The notes: generated by a model not told the origin, from the letters alone. A DNA stretch of 64,000 nucleotides from an uncultured Pseudanabaenaceae cyanobacterium (GCA_937949725.1 CALECT010000032.1:576-64575); one strand, 5' to 3'; positions 37,156 through 48,118 are shown, numbered from the stretch's first letter. Numbers and translations are program-made.

Positions 37156-37848
37156 CTACAACAATCCCCGATAGCGAATAAATAGCAAGATCGCCGCCCA
37201 GGAGCCTAACGCAACTTTCAACGCCACAAGCACATTCAACAACGGAATCCAGCCACCGCTGAGCAAACTGCCCAACTCTCCCTGGGACAGGCTCAATCCC
37301 AGCAAGCTGACCAGCGCGATCGCCACAAACAGCAGCACCGACACCTTTTCCCAAATGGCCGCACCATAGCGCTCATACAGCTGCTCCATATACTGAGCCG
37401 AAGAAGTGATCGCCACCAATCCAATAGCAGTGCCTCCCGCCACCCCCGCAGCAAAACCACCGCCGGGGCTCAGATGTCCGCGAATGGCAAGCTCCACGCA
37501 AACCAAGGCTGCAATAGTTGCACCCAGTCGAGCCAAGACAATGGAGGGCTGGTCCGTAAATTGGTAGACCGTACAGGTCGGCTGCTCATCAGCCAGTAGA
37601 AACTTCACTCCCATGATGGCAACGGTGAAAACCACCACTTCAAAAATGGTGTCATAGAGGCGATTGCGAAAGATGATACCGGAAACGGCATTGGGAACAC
37701 CGGCTTCGCTTACGACAGATTGGACAATTTCCCAGTCAGCTAGCGCCCAGTCCACGGCTTCTAACTCACCTCCATTGCTGCCAAACAGTGGCAACAGCAA
37801 CAGCTTGAGAAAAACAGCGACCCCAGCAACGGCATAAATCCACTTCAT
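37156..37848 (-). CDS. mrpB: Mrp Na+/H+ antiporter subunit B
   Basis: NAVSGIIFRNRLYDT and GHLSPGGGFAAG motifs. Confidence 0.88.
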   Translation of the reverse strand: MKWIYAVAGVAVFLKLLLLPLFGSNGGELEAVDWALADWEIVQSVVSEAGVPNAVSGIIFRNRLYDTIFEVVVFTVAIMGVKFLLADEQPTCTVYQFTDQPSIVLARLGATIAALVCVELAIRGHLSPGGGFAAGVAGGTAIGLVAITSSAQYMEQLYERYGAAIWEKVSVLLFVAIALVSLLGLSLSQGELGSLLSGGWIPLLNVLVALKVALGSWAAILLFIRYRGLL

Positions 37849-37856
37849 GGCAACTC

Positions 37857-38552
37857 CTAAGCGGTATGGGAATGGGAGGACTGGGCCAGAGGACGGCCAG
37901 GGCTAGCAGGGGAAGTGGGAACTAAGTCGAAGTACTCCACTGTGGCCAGCTCGGGGGGGAGGCGATCGCTCAAAATATCGTAAAGCCGCTTGACTCGGAC
38001 CTGGATTGGGTAAGGGCCAGCTGATGTCGGCAATGGCTCGACCGTCACCCCAGACCAAACGGCACTGTGGATACGTTTAGTTTCCAAAGCAACTTGCATG
38101 GCTTCAAGGTTCGGGTAGGCCAAAATCTCTAACCGCAGGTGGTGGAGCTTGAGAGCCTGCCGCAAGGCTGTGACGAGGGTTTCATCAAGGGGAGAATCGG
38201 AATTTTTTGCGATTTCCGCCCCAGAGGAATTGACCTCAGCCTCAGCGCTAGCGATTGCATCGGCTGTCAATGAAGGCTGCGGAGCGGATGGCTGTGGCTG
38301 GACCCAGCCCAGGCGCATTTCCATGGAGGAGCGCACCGCTACGGCGTAGAGCGTGATCGATAGCATTGTGCCCACCAGCGCTTCGGTCAATGCCACATCT
38401 GCAGCGCCAAAGAGTGCGTAGACCAGGGCCGCGATCGCCCCCAAAATCCCCCGCATCACCAAGGCTTGGTAGGGATTAACTTGTAACACCAACAGCACGG
38501 CCGTCAGGGGTAACAATGCCGTAATAGCAATCAAATAAAAATCATCCATCAC
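37857..38552 (-). CDS. Mrp-associated DUF4040 (MrpA/MnhB-like) subunit
   Basis: GAADVALTEALVG motif, inside the mrp operon. Confidence 0.82.
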   Translation of the reverse strand: MMDDFYLIAITALLPLTAVLLVLQVNPYQALVMRGILGAIAALVYALFGAADVALTEALVGTMLSITLYAVAVRSSMEMRLGWVQPQPSAPQPSLTADAIASAEAEVNSSGAEIAKNSDSPLDETLVTALRQALKLHHLRLEILAYPNLEAMQVALETKRIHSAVWSGVTVEPLPTSAGPYPIQVRVKRLYDILSDRLPPELATVEYFDLVPTSPASPGRPLAQSSHSHTA

Positions 38553-38920
38553 AACATACCTCCCGAAGGACTCTCATCGTTGACTTGTGATAGTTTCTGG
38601 GGCCAATCTGTTTCTTGCTGCAGCGGTCCATCTCCAGCTGAGCAATAGGCCAGCACATAGCCCAAGACCGTATTCCAAATCGCCAAGGAGATCAGCGCCA
38701 GGATCAACAGCGGCCATTCGCGGGGGATTTTCAAGAGCAGGCCCACGATGATCAGCATGGAGCCGAGGGTGTCAGACACCGATAGGCCATGGAGCTTGTA
38801 GAGCACGGAGCGATCGCCCAACAATGGCCAAGTGCCCCAAAGCCAAAACCAAAGGCCAAGACCCAGACAGCCATAGCTCAATCCATTGAGCAGCAGCGGA
38901 ATAACAACTGATAGATTCAT
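38549..38920 (-). CDS. mrpG: Mrp subunit G
   Basis: KLHGLSVSDTLG motif and overlapping operon junctions. Confidence 0.8.
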   Translation of the reverse strand: MNLSVVIPLLLNGLSYGCLGLGLWFWLWGTWPLLGDRSVLYKLHGLSVSDTLGSMLIIVGLLLKIPREWPLLILALISLAIWNTVLGYVLAYCSAGDGPLQQETDWPQKLSQVNDESPSGGML

Positions 38921-39180
38921 GATTGATTCACCCGTCGCAAAATATGGGCCAACAGCATCAGAGAAGCATTACCCAGGCTGAGAATCAGCACGCCCACTAG
39001 GCCAATCATCCAGTCATCCCGCAGGACGGAAATCACCAAAATCATTAGAGAAGTTTTGGTCGCGATGCTGGCAAAGGCCAACATGCGCTGCCAAACATCT
39101 TCTTCTTGGGCCGACTCATAAATGGGAATCAGCAAAATTCCGATCATCACCAATACAACCCAACTCATAGCTTCGTTCAT
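38917..39180 (-). CDS. mrpF: Mrp subunit F
   Basis: 87-aa 3-TM protein between mrpE and mrpG. Confidence 0.7.
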   Translation of the reverse strand: MNEAMSWVVLVMIGILLIPIYESAQEEDVWQRMLAFASIATKTSLMILVISVLRDDWMIGLVGVLILSLGNASLMLLAHILRRVNQS

Positions 39181-39569
39181 GTTTCTCCTCGACGACGAAT
39201 GCGATGGACCTCAAACCAGCCGTCTTCTCGACAATTCAAAACGATAGTTTTGGGTGTGAAGGTGATGATGAAAATATCTAGAAAAATCAGGCCCGGCGAT
39301 CGCTGGGGCTTGACTCGCTCCAGCACCACATCCTCGGCCCGGTGGGGCTTGAGCATGATTTCAATGGCTTCCCAATAGGCTTGGGGAATGGCGATCGCCA
39401 CTTCCCACAGCGTCCGCAGCCAATCCTTTAGCTTGGGCGGAACCAACTGGCTACTGCGAGGCAACAGCAGCGCCACCGCCAGACCAATGGCAATATTGGC
39501 CCAGCTACTATCGGCGGTGAGCAAAAACCAAATGGTGAGGCGTAAAACAATATCTAGAATGCGAATCAT
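39177..39569 (-). CDS. mrpE: Mrp subunit E
   Basis: ITFTPKT motif. Start ATG 39569 overlaps the mrpD stop (ATGA). Confidence 0.8.
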   Translation of the reverse strand: MIRILDIVLRLTIWFLLTADSSWANIAIGLAVALLLPRSSQLVPPKLKDWLRTLWEVAIAIPQAYWEAIEIMLKPHRAEDVVLERVKPQRSPGLIFLDIFIITFTPKTIVLNCREDGWFEVHRIRRRGET

Positions 39570-41056
39570 GCCAGCACCATCCAAAACAGCAGGGTTAGCA
39601 TCAGGCTCATAGTGCCAATCAGGTTGTCAAACTGCTCCATCATGCGAGGCAATTTCAGGGGCACTCGCCGAATCACCAGCCAATAAACTGACCAGCCAGC
39701 CCCTAAAGTTAGTATTGCTTTAGCCATGGAGACTAGGCTATAGGCCTTTAGATAGAAGCCATTTGCCAGTACCAGTCCCCCCAACAAAATCCCCATGGCG
39801 ATCCAAAAGCCTGGGTTATCGATGGACTTTAAAGCGGGTTGATCAACCTCAGCAAGGCTATCTTCAGAACGCCGAGTACCGTGGGGCAAGAAGATAAATT
39901 TGGCAAAGGAAATCGCGGTGCCCAGTGCCGCAACGTTCATACCAATAACCTGCCAGGGCTGAATGGTCTTCAAGGTCAGCGTCTTGGCTCCAAAGCCTGC
40001 CAGGAGGGGGAGACCCGAAATGGAGAGAGCCGCGATCGCCAATACGCCCCACAGCGCCCAAGAAATCGGTTGCTTTTGCAACGCCTTAAAGTTCCGATCC
40101 GGCAACTGCCCCGCCCCCAGAAACAGCGCCGACTTCACCAGCCCATGGGTCAAGGCATAGAAGCCGCCCACCGCCGGAGCCGCCAAGACAAACCCCAACT
40201 GGGACACCGTATGGAACGCCAGCATCCGCTTGGCATCTTTCTCAAACATGGCATAGCCCACGCCTAGTAGAGCTGTGCCCATTCCCAAAATTCCCAGCAG
40301 CGGCTGAAGCTCAGGGAATAGCAAGGCACAGCGTACCAGGGGAAACACTCCGGTCTTCACCACCACGCCAGATAGCATGGCCGATACCGGCGTTTCCGCT
40401 TCGGAATGGGTTAGAGGTAACCATAAACCCGAGACAAAAATTCCGCCTTTGGTTAGAAGGCCTAGCGTCATTAGGGTGATCGCTTCTGGCGGAGCATCAG
40501 CCAGCCCCGTAAAGGCAAACGTTCCACTGGACTGATAGAGCAGCACTGCCCCCATGAGATAGAACAGCATGGCCGTGTTGCTGACAAACAGGTAACGCAG
40601 GCCGACCCAGATTGCGCGATCGCTCCTGGCATAGGTCATCAATAAAAACGAGGCAACCCCAATTACCTCTAGCGCCACATAGAGGCTAATAAAGTCAGCG
40701 CAGATAAACACCGCATTGACACTGCCATGGAGAACCATCGCCTGGGCGTAAAAAAAGCCACCCTTGTTGCTCGACCAACAGTAAGCCAACACTGCCGCCG
40801 TTACCACCGCATTAGTTAGCACGAAGTAACCGCTCTGGGCATCGACTTGCAGAGTTACACCAAAGCTATCCACCAGCTGCGTGGTCAGTTCAGAACCTTG
40901 AAACAACAGCGGCAGGCTATAGACCAAAGACAGCAACGCCATCAGCAATGCCAGAGGACGCGCCAGCTTGGGCAACAGATAAATGCTAAAGCCAATCAGA
41001 AATGGCAGAGCAATCCAAATGAGGGTCGTCGTTTCTAGAGATATCACAGCACTCAT
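39566..41056 (-). CDS. mrpD: Mrp subunit D (cation:proton antiporter)
   Basis: LYVALEV, WLPLTHSEAETPVSAMLSG and KRMLAFHTVSQLG motifs. Confidence 0.9.
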   Translation of the reverse strand: MSAVISLETTTLIWIALPFLIGFSIYLLPKLARPLALLMALLSLVYSLPLLFQGSELTTQLVDSFGVTLQVDAQSGYFVLTNAVVTAAVLAYCWSSNKGGFFYAQAMVLHGSVNAVFICADFISLYVALEVIGVASFLLMTYARSDRAIWVGLRYLFVSNTAMLFYLMGAVLLYQSSGTFAFTGLADAPPEAITLMTLGLLTKGGIFVSGLWLPLTHSEAETPVSAMLSGVVVKTGVFPLVRCALLFPELQPLLGILGMGTALLGVGYAMFEKDAKRMLAFHTVSQLGFVLAAPAVGGFYALTHGLVKSALFLGAGQLPDRNFKALQKQPISWALWGVLAIAALSISGLPLLAGFGAKTLTLKTIQPWQVIGMNVAALGTAISFAKFIFLPHGTRRSEDSLAEVDQPALKSIDNPGFWIAMGILLGGLVLANGFYLKAYSLVSMAKAILTLGAGWSVYWLVIRRVPLKLPRMMEQFDNLIGTMSLMLTLLFWMVLA

Positions 41057-41397
41057 TGGCTATAGGTCTTCTCAATTTCGTGGCTCTCTAATGTCGGGTT
41101 ATCCCGAGAAAGCTTCATCACGCCCACCAGCATTAGCGCCTGAATGGAAAAGCCTATGACGATCGCCGTCAAAATAACCGCCTGGGGCACTGGATCGGCA
41201 TAGTCCACAGTGCGTTCGGGGTTCTCCAGGATGGGCGTAAATAATCCCCCGCGAGCCGCAATCAGCACATAAAAGGCAATGACCCCCGTGCTCATCACAT
41301 CCATGGATAGGATTTTCATCATCAAGTTCTGCTTGAAAACGATGCCGAAAAATCCACAAAAAATCGTGGCAAAGACTAAGGCTTGGAGAATTAACAT
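41053..41397 (-). CDS. mrpC: Mrp subunit C
   Basis: ADPVPQAVILTAIVIG motif. Confidence 0.92.
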   Translation of the reverse strand: MLILQALVFATIFCGFFGIVFKQNLMMKILSMDVMSTGVIAFYVLIAARGGLFTPILENPERTVDYADPVPQAVILTAIVIGFSIQALMLVGVMKLSRDNPTLESHEIEKTYSQ

Positions 41398-41477
41398 GGT
41401 TCAATTTCCATCAAAATCTACTTCTACCGATCTCGGCAGGAGAGCAAAGCTGGCTGTGGGCAATACAGCTTAGTGAC

Positions 41478-41741
41478 TTAGAGCTTAATGCGGCACGCTT
41501 GGAGCTGAAGCCCGCCTAGGGCTAGCAGGCCTAAGCTAATCTGAGCTTCGCTAGGAGCAACGGCGAGGCCCCAAAGCGCCGCCACGCTGGAGGCGCAGTA
41601 GAGCGCCACACCATAGATTTCATCCATGAGGTGGAGGCGACGGGCGATGACAATACAGGCGATCGCCAAACTAAATAGAATGAACCAAAGCATCACAGAA
41701 ATTCCGTAGGGTGCAGCGGTTGGAGAGTCTGGCTCACTCAT
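41478..41741 (-). CDS. Small hypothetical membrane protein
   Basis: 87 aa, hydrophobic, upstream of mrpC. Confidence 0.55.
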   Translation of the reverse strand: MSEPDSPTAAPYGISVMLWFILFSLAIACIVIARRLHLMDEIYGVALYCASSVAALWGLAVAPSEAQISLGLLALGGLQLQACRIKL

Positions 41742-42064
41742 AGGCTTTAACCTATGATAAATCTTTTCTCCATTGATTAAACTCTAGCAATGGATGCCTC
41801 ATTTGTCTTTCGCTCAGGCCTTGAAAGTTTTCAATAGTAAGGATAAGCAGGAGTTTTGTTTGCGAATCGGGGCAATGCAAAGACTTCGGAGCATTGCCCT
41901 CTTCATGGAAGGCGGTCATTTCCTATTAAGTGCCGGATGTCTGGCGATTGGGGGATGTGCTCGCCCCAAAAAATGCCCTAAGCTGCATCATTACAGTCGT
42001 CGGCCAAAAGTAAATCCAACAGTGCCAAATATGTTCAGGCGCTGCTCATACATAGTCTTCAGCA

Positions 42065-42190
42065 TCAGCTTAAACCCGGCACTACAGCTCTGTCTAAGGT
42101 CTCCAGCTCGGCACTATGGCCGTCCAACAGTGGCAACAGCAACAGTTTTAGAAAACCAGCGACCCCGGTGATCGCATAAATCCACTTCAT
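42065..42190 (-). pseudogene. Truncated duplicate of the mrpB 5' end (41 aa)
   Basis: MKWIYAITGVAGFLKLLLLPLLDGHSAELETLDRA.. versus MrpB MKWIYAVAGVAVFLKLLLLPLFGSNGGELEAVDWA. Confidence 0.75.
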
Positions 42191-42549
42191 AGTGAATTCT
42201 GAATAGAAGCTTTGAAGGTTTTTACCCACAATCTCTAGAATGCTGGTTATTCAAGCTTCTCCAGATTTTATCCCTCCCCAAGAAGACAGCGGCGCAAAAT
42301 GATAACTGTCTTCTGCTCGAAGGCAGTGGGATTGGTGTGTGAGGTTCAGCAAGCTGAACATCGGCAGGTTATAAAAAGAGACGCTCCAGCTTGGATACTT
42401 AGGCCGCAACGAGCAAAATCTATGATCAGGCCCTGAAATAACTGGAGCCCTGAGGCTTCTGAAGACCTAACCTTGGTCAACTCTTGCCCCTATGAGTGAC
42501 TCGAAGATAGAGAAGGAGATTTACATTTTCCAACACCTAGAAATAACCA

Positions 42550-45249
42550 TTAGTAACGAGCAGTAGCCTGGAGCGATTTGCAGATATCGCCCAGGCTAGG
42601 GGCCTTTCCCGATGGGAAAGACTCCGACCGTTCACTCACAGGCAAATAGGGGTCACTATAGCCTTGGCGCTCCACAGCCTTAAGAGACTGACGATATCCC
42701 CAAAAGCCTGCCAGATACCCCGAGATCTCTGCCCAGAGAAAGCGCCAGGGCACTTGATTTTGCCCCTTTGCTTTTTCGAGCAATCGACTAATGAAATAGC
42801 GAGGTAGTCCGCTAAGCAACTGTTGTTTTGCACGCATATCCTGATCAACGCGCCAGAGGCGCAGATGATAGGCAGTCCCTCCCATCATTTGCCGATGAAT
42901 TTGATAACGCAACTCAGGGATAGTGCGGCGATGACGATGCCAGGCATAAGCAGAAGGGTCATAAACCAAGGTTCCCCCTGCTCGCAAAAGACGGTAAATC
43001 AAGTAGTTTTCCTCACCCCCCCCTACAGGCGTGCCAGGCCCCAATTCTTCGGGCATCATCCCAATATTGGGATGATGGAAAATGCTGGCCCGAAAAGCTG
43101 AATTGGCTGAAACTCCCAAGTCCCAAACTGGAGGAGAGTAGTTAAAAGAGCTGAGCCAATGCCCATTGACCTCAAAGCGTTCCAACCCTTCACCCAGACC
43201 ACCGTAAAGGTCTTCATACATTCGCTGGGCCTCAGTTTCCAATTCCCGAGGCAGAACATTTCCCGTGACAGCTAGAACTTCAGGGCGAGCCATGGGAGCC
43301 AGCAGTTTTTCGAGCCAATCCGGGGGGACAGTGACATCATCATCCACAGTGACAACAATATCGCCAGTACTCGCGCAGAAAGCAGAATTGCGACCATAGG
43401 AACCACCCACTCGGGGTTCTGAGACCAGCCTCACGCCAGGAAAGTCTTTCACAACGGTGGGGGTGATGCCAGAGGCGGGGCGATTGTCCGCCACGATAAT
43501 CTCGAAATTGCGATCGCTGGTTTGAGCTCGTAAATGTTGGAGACAGTTGCGCAGATCCTCAGGACGATCGCAGGTGGTAATAATGACCGAAACCGGAACT
43601 TCCAGGGGTAACTGCTCTGTAATTCCGGTGTTCTCTGCCAGAGAGGAAGCTTGCTGAGGCTGAAGCCAATGGGCCACTTGAAGCTCTAAAGCTTGCCAAG
43701 CTTGGGTATGGCCGCTTTGGGACTTGAGAAAGAGGCGATCGCGTAAGCTACGCACCAGCACTTGGCTAATCTGCCGAGGCGAAATATTGCCCTTGTTGTG
43801 CCATAGGTCAACGTTACCTAAGAGCTCTTCACCATGGGTGACAAAAATGCGCACACCATCGTATTCCTCTAAATCATCCCAGAAAGGTAGAGGGCTTTGG
43901 AGGTCGAGGCTACGGCTAGCCATTCGCTGTCCGGCCTTGGCAGCCTGCTCACCCAAGCCTTTACCCGGAAGCATTTCAGCTAATCCTGCGAGGGCTTGCT
44001 TGAACGAAGTGAAGCGATTGGCTTCGCTGACAACGGTCTTAAGCCCCGAGAAGAAACCCGCTAGCTTGGCTTGGAAAAAGGTCTTCGCCAGTCCCGACTG
44101 TTGCAGGCTAGATTGACCATACCAGCGGAGTCCCCCCAGGCTTTCTTTTAAAAAGATGAGCCTATAGCCCGAAGGAATACCGCTAGTTGCACAGCTGCCC
44201 CAGGCAAAGTAACGACCCAAGCGAGCTGCCTCTTGTTTAGCACTGAGACTCAGCTGCTCATCGCTTTGCTCAAAGCTCTCCCGAGCCCACATAGAAGAGT
44301 CATTGCAAAGCCCATGACCCTGGACCATTTGCGTGAAGGTTAAGCGATAGTCATTGGCGATCTCACCATCTTCAGCCAATGCCGAGAGTAATGCCGAACG
44401 ACGCAAAGCAACGTTCTGTTCAGGAATAGGATGGTGGAAATGAACCTGATTCCATCGTTCCGAGGGAATAGGGCTTTGGTGATACCACCAACGTTTAAAG
44501 GACGGAGCCATAATGCTCTGTCCCTTAAGCACTTCCCAGGCATCGCTCGCTTCTGCCTTGGGCAGTAAAGGTCCAGTCATCACCATGATGCTGGAATCTT
44601 CCTGAAAACGCTGGGAGATCGCCGAGGCCCAGCCAGAACTCACTTGAACTTGAGGGGAAAGAAATGCAAGAACTTCCTTTTGACTAGCCTCCACAGCCAA
44701 GCGCCGCTGGGTTGCAAGGTCATTGCTCTCGTCAGGTATATATTGCAGAGACAGTTCCCCTGCGGCATCGCAAATCTGGGTTTCACTCATGGCCGGTCCC
44801 ACGGCAATAAGCTGCCTTGCTGCCTGGGGTAAAAGTGACAAGCTGGATTTTAGTTGAGCAAAGCAGCTTGCAAGTTGCTCGGCAGTAATCTCACCTTGGG
44901 CAGCCGCACAACACAAAACCACCGTGACTGAAGCTGAGTCACTTGCAGAAGTCAAACGAGCTTCCTGCTGCTGAAGTAGGTCTGACCAACTAATATCTGG
45001 AGTCCATTGCCCCGCAACCAAGCTTTCACTCAAACTGCGCAGGAGAATTTCCTCCGAGAACTGTTGCGTGATCGCCTCCCTTTGGTCAGCCACCGAGCAA
45101 CATCCTCCTTTCACAGGAAGCTCTATTTCCCCTAAGGCCTCTCCTCCCCAAACAACAAGCCCTCGAACAGACCTATACCCCTCTAAAGATTCCAAATTCT
45201 GAAAAGGTTGATTGAGATTAAAATCAACTAAGAAAGAAGGCTTGGTCAT
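42550..45249 (-). CDS. Tandem GT2 glycosyltransferase (degenerate N-terminal plus intact C-terminal GT-A domain)
   Basis: C-terminal VSVIITTCDRPEDL, GRN, VDDD and GGGEE motifs. The N-terminal copy lacks DxD. Confidence 0.85.
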   Translation of the reverse strand: MTKPSFLVDFNLNQPFQNLESLEGYRSVRGLVVWGGEALGEIELPVKGGCCSVADQREAITQQFSEEILLRSLSESLVAGQWTPDISWSDLLQQQEARLTSASDSASVTVVLCCAAAQGEITAEQLASCFAQLKSSLSLLPQAARQLIAVGPAMSETQICDAAGELSLQYIPDESNDLATQRRLAVEASQKEVLAFLSPQVQVSSGWASAISQRFQEDSSIMVMTGPLLPKAEASDAWEVLKGQSIMAPSFKRWWYHQSPIPSERWNQVHFHHPIPEQNVALRRSALLSALAEDGEIANDYRLTFTQMVQGHGLCNDSSMWARESFEQSDEQLSLSAKQEAARLGRYFAWGSCATSGIPSGYRLIFLKESLGGLRWYGQSSLQQSGLAKTFFQAKLAGFFSGLKTVVSEANRFTSFKQALAGLAEMLPGKGLGEQAAKAGQRMASRSLDLQSPLPFWDDLEEYDGVRIFVTHGEELLGNVDLWHNKGNISPRQISQVLVRSLRDRLFLKSQSGHTQAWQALELQVAHWLQPQQASSLAENTGITEQLPLEVPVSVIITTCDRPEDLRNCLQHLRAQTSDRNFEIIVADNRPASGITPTVVKDFPGVRLVSEPRVGGSYGRNSAFCASTGDIVVTVDDDVTVPPDWLEKLLAPMARPEVLAVTGNVLPRELETEAQRMYEDLYGGLGEGLERFEVNGHWLSSFNYSPPVWDLGVSANSAFRASIFHHPNIGMMPEELGPGTPVGGGEENYLIYRLLRAGGTLVYDPSAYAWHRHRRTIPELRYQIHRQMMGGTAYHLRLWRVDQDMRAKQQLLSGLPRYFISRLLEKAKGQNQVPWRFLWAEISGYLAGFWGYRQSLKAVERQGYSDPYLPVSERSESFPSGKAPSLGDICKSLQATARY

Positions 45250-45799
45250 AGTAGGAAAAAGGTCAATATAAAATAGATTAAATAAGGTTTTAGAGAGAAC
45301 TTCGAGAGAAATAAAAATCCCTAAGACCCAAACGCCCAGAGCAATCTAATAAGCTCATTTCCCAATTGTGCAAGTTACGAATAGATAGGTTTTGATGGGA
45401 TTTGGCGGACTGCTCCTTAAACAAGGAAACAATTGACATACCGCTTATTTCTGAGGAAACAAAAAACCAAAATCGCATCCAAAACTCTCTGGCTGAATGG
45501 ATGGGCATGTTTGTGGACATCCGCAAACATTTGTCTCTCATACCAAATCCGGTTCGGTGACCCCCGATTCCTGTCAGTTTATCTGCAGGGGCGAACAGCG
45601 GTTGGCTCGCAGAGAGTTTAGGAGGACAGCTATTAGGATTTGGTATCAGACGCTATCCATGTCAAGTATTGCACAACCTAGAACCTAGATTAACATTTTT
45701 CTAGACCCAGAGATATTGTGGTAGACAGCTAAAAATTTAAGATTCAGATGCAGTTTCAAGCAGTTCTGCATTGACCATTAACTTGCATCTATCAACTGC

Positions 45800-47053
45800 T
45801 TAAACAGCAGAAGCTTCCGGTGAAATCTTGGAATCACCGGCTAAATTGGAGTCTTGCTTCGATTCAAGCCTCGCAGTTTCAATCGTCCATATGCAGGGGG
45901 GATGGAGCAACCCTTCAATAACGCGAGTGGGCTTCACAATAAGCTCTGCCATTTTGTCTTGGTATTCCAAAAGCGTTTTCCAATTTTTGGAATGAACGCC
46001 AGCATGCATAGAATATTTTCCACCGTTGAGATCTAAACGATCAATCTGTAAGCGAATTCGCCCAGTTCCAGGCGAAATCATCTTATTGCAGTCCATGCGA
46101 TGGGTATTACTGGTAAAACACACCGCACCATTTTCATGGAGAATACGCACCGAAAAGATCGGATCAGGCAAGGGCTCTAAACAGTTGTAATCCAGTTCTA
46201 CCGTTAAAGGATCACCGCAATGGAATGGTTCTGTAGGCGAGAGGCGCATGGCCGTGATAGCAATCTGTCGTCCCAGAACCTCGACTTCAGCCTGGGGAAG
46301 CCGAGGTTTTTGATCCGGATGCATGGCAGCTTGATATTCTGTCACGACAGTTTTAGGGTCACTGTAGGCAGCAACCTGACCCCGGTTTAGTAGAAGGGCG
46401 CGATCGCACAATTCCATCACCTGATCGGGGCTTTGGGAGATGAACATAATGGCACAGCCCTGGTCTCGCAAAGCTTTGACTCGCTTAATACATTTAGTCT
46501 TAAAGCCAATATCTCCTACAGATAAATGCTCATCAATCAACAACAACTGAGGATCCGTATGGATCGCAATGGAAAATGCTAATCGCATTCCCATCCCGGT
46601 GCTGTAGGTCCGAATCGGATTATCAATAAAGCTTTCTAGCTCCGCAAATTCAATAATTTCCGCTTCTCTAGCCAGAACTTCTACTTTGGTAAGGCCGCCA
46701 ATTAAGGCAGCTACCATGAGATTTTCCCGGCCCGTGAGGTCTTCATGGAAGCCTGCTCCCAGATCTAACAAGGCTCCTACGCGTCCTCGAATATGGATCT
46801 GTCCTTCATCGGCACTACCAATACCACCAATGAGACGTAGCAGAGTCGATTTGCCTGCACCGTTATGACCTAGCACACCCAGGATTTCGCCCGGTTGCAC
46901 CTCAAAACTGACATTGCGTAAGGCCCAGAAATCATTCATGGGTTTGAAACGCTTGAAGCCACCCATGGCCGCTTGCATAATGGTGCGGGGGCGATCGCTG
47001 GGATAAGCGCTAAACCGCTTGCCTAGATTTTGAACAACGATTCCGTGACCCAT
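45800..47053 (-). CDS. wzt: Polysaccharide ABC exporter ATP-binding subunit with C-terminal Wzt_C domain
   Basis: GHNGAGKST, YSTGMGMRLAF and LLIDEHLSVGD motifs. Probable start is ATG 47053. Confidence 0.9.
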   Translation of the reverse strand: MGHGIVVQNLGKRFSAYPSDRPRTIMQAAMGGFKRFKPMNDFWALRNVSFEVQPGEILGVLGHNGAGKSTLLRLIGGIGSADEGQIHIRGRVGALLDLGAGFHEDLTGRENLMVAALIGGLTKVEVLAREAEIIEFAELESFIDNPIRTYSTGMGMRLAFSIAIHTDPQLLLIDEHLSVGDIGFKTKCIKRVKALRDQGCAIMFISQSPDQVMELCDRALLLNRGQVAAYSDPKTVVTEYQAAMHPDQKPRLPQAEVEVLGRQIAITAMRLSPTEPFHCGDPLTVELDYNCLEPLPDPIFSVRILHENGAVCFTSNTHRMDCNKMISPGTGRIRLQIDRLDLNGGKYSMHAGVHSKNWKTLLEYQDKMAELIVKPTRVIEGLLHPPCIWTIETARLESKQDSNLAGDSKISPEASAV

Positions 47054-47142
47054 CGATTTCGATTCCTTAATGATGTGCTCCTTGGGATTGGAGCGGAGAG
47101 CATCTAAATCTAACCACTGACTCAAATAGGCGAATATTCAGG

Positions 47143-47961
47143 CTATAGCTCTTCCACAAATCGCTCGCTTTGACGCTGGAAAATTCGATGGCCGAGGGGT
47201 AAGAGAACAGCGGTAACCGCAGCAAGAATAAGAACAGGCATCCAGCCAAAGCTAGCCGTTGTCGCTTCAGGGGAAAGCAGAATCGAGCGATAACCATCAA
47301 TCAAGATCAACACTGGATTGAACTGGAAGATGTGACTGTATTGCTCGGGGACCTGGTAGAAAATTGCCGAAAAATAAAACAACATTTGCAACAGTACTCC
47401 CAAGGTATGTTGCGTATCGCGAAAGGTCACATTGAGGGAGGCAAGGACGTAGGCCAAGCTCACAGTGAGTGCAAACTGCAAAGCCATCAGTAATGGTAAC
47501 AAGAGCAACCCGGCATGGAGCTCAATGCCATCTATCCATAGAAAAATCAGTAATATCGGCAGGGACATAAGGAAGTGAATCAACCCCGTTGCAACATTGA
47601 CAACAGGCAAAACCGCGACCGGGAAACCTGGCTGACGGATGAGAGCGCGATTGTGGACAATGGCCCCAGTGGCCTCTGTTAGGGAACCCTGGAACCAAGT
47701 CCAGACCAGTAGACCGCTAAAAATATAAGAGGTGAAATTAGGAATTGAATTATTGACTAACAGAATGCCAAAAACAAAGGCATAGACAACGAGCTGCATT
47801 AAAGGGTTGATCAGCATCCAAGCAATCCCGAGAGCAGAACGGTTGTAGAGCAGCTTGATATCCCGACTCACGAGCCCAACGAGTAAATCTCGGCGCTGAA
47901 TCCAAGGCCGATTAATCAACTTTTTTTGCTGGGGAAGTTTAGAGCTAATAGCCATGGTCAA
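47143..47961 (-). CDS. wzm: Polysaccharide ABC exporter permease
   Basis: RDIKLLYNRSALGIAW, FRD and FNP motifs, about 6 TM. Confidence 0.9.
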   Translation of the reverse strand: MTMAISSKLPQQKKLINRPWIQRRDLLVGLVSRDIKLLYNRSALGIAWMLINPLMQLVVYAFVFGILLVNNSIPNFTSYIFSGLLVWTWFQGSLTEATGAIVHNRALIRQPGFPVAVLPVVNVATGLIHFLMSLPILLIFLWIDGIELHAGLLLLPLLMALQFALTVSLAYVLASLNVTFRDTQHTLGVLLQMLFYFSAIFYQVPEQYSHIFQFNPVLILIDGYRSILLSPEATTASFGWMPVLILAAVTAVLLPLGHRIFQRQSERFVEEL

Positions 47962-48104
47962 AGAAAAGATTGCTTGGGATGTCGCCTCAAGGCTAGGACA
48001 AACGGCCCATATAAAGGGACATCACTGCTTTAGCCAGCTTTTCCAGACTAGACCAGAATTCTTGTGATTGTGGCCCAACCTGAGGAATTTATCGAGCGAC
48101 AAAT

Positions 48105-48118
48105 CCGTAAATTTACGG
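48105..48118. promoter_or_regulatory. Perfect 14-bp palindrome, candidate operator in a divergent promoter region
   Basis: CCGTAAATTTACGG between wzm and the GT2 gene, with related TACGG half-sites at about 48212 and 48268. Confidence 0.45.

Noticed and set aside
41794-42171. 125-aa plus-strand ORF
   Set aside because: It has no recognisable features and overlaps the antisense mrpB fragment, so it is probably spurious.
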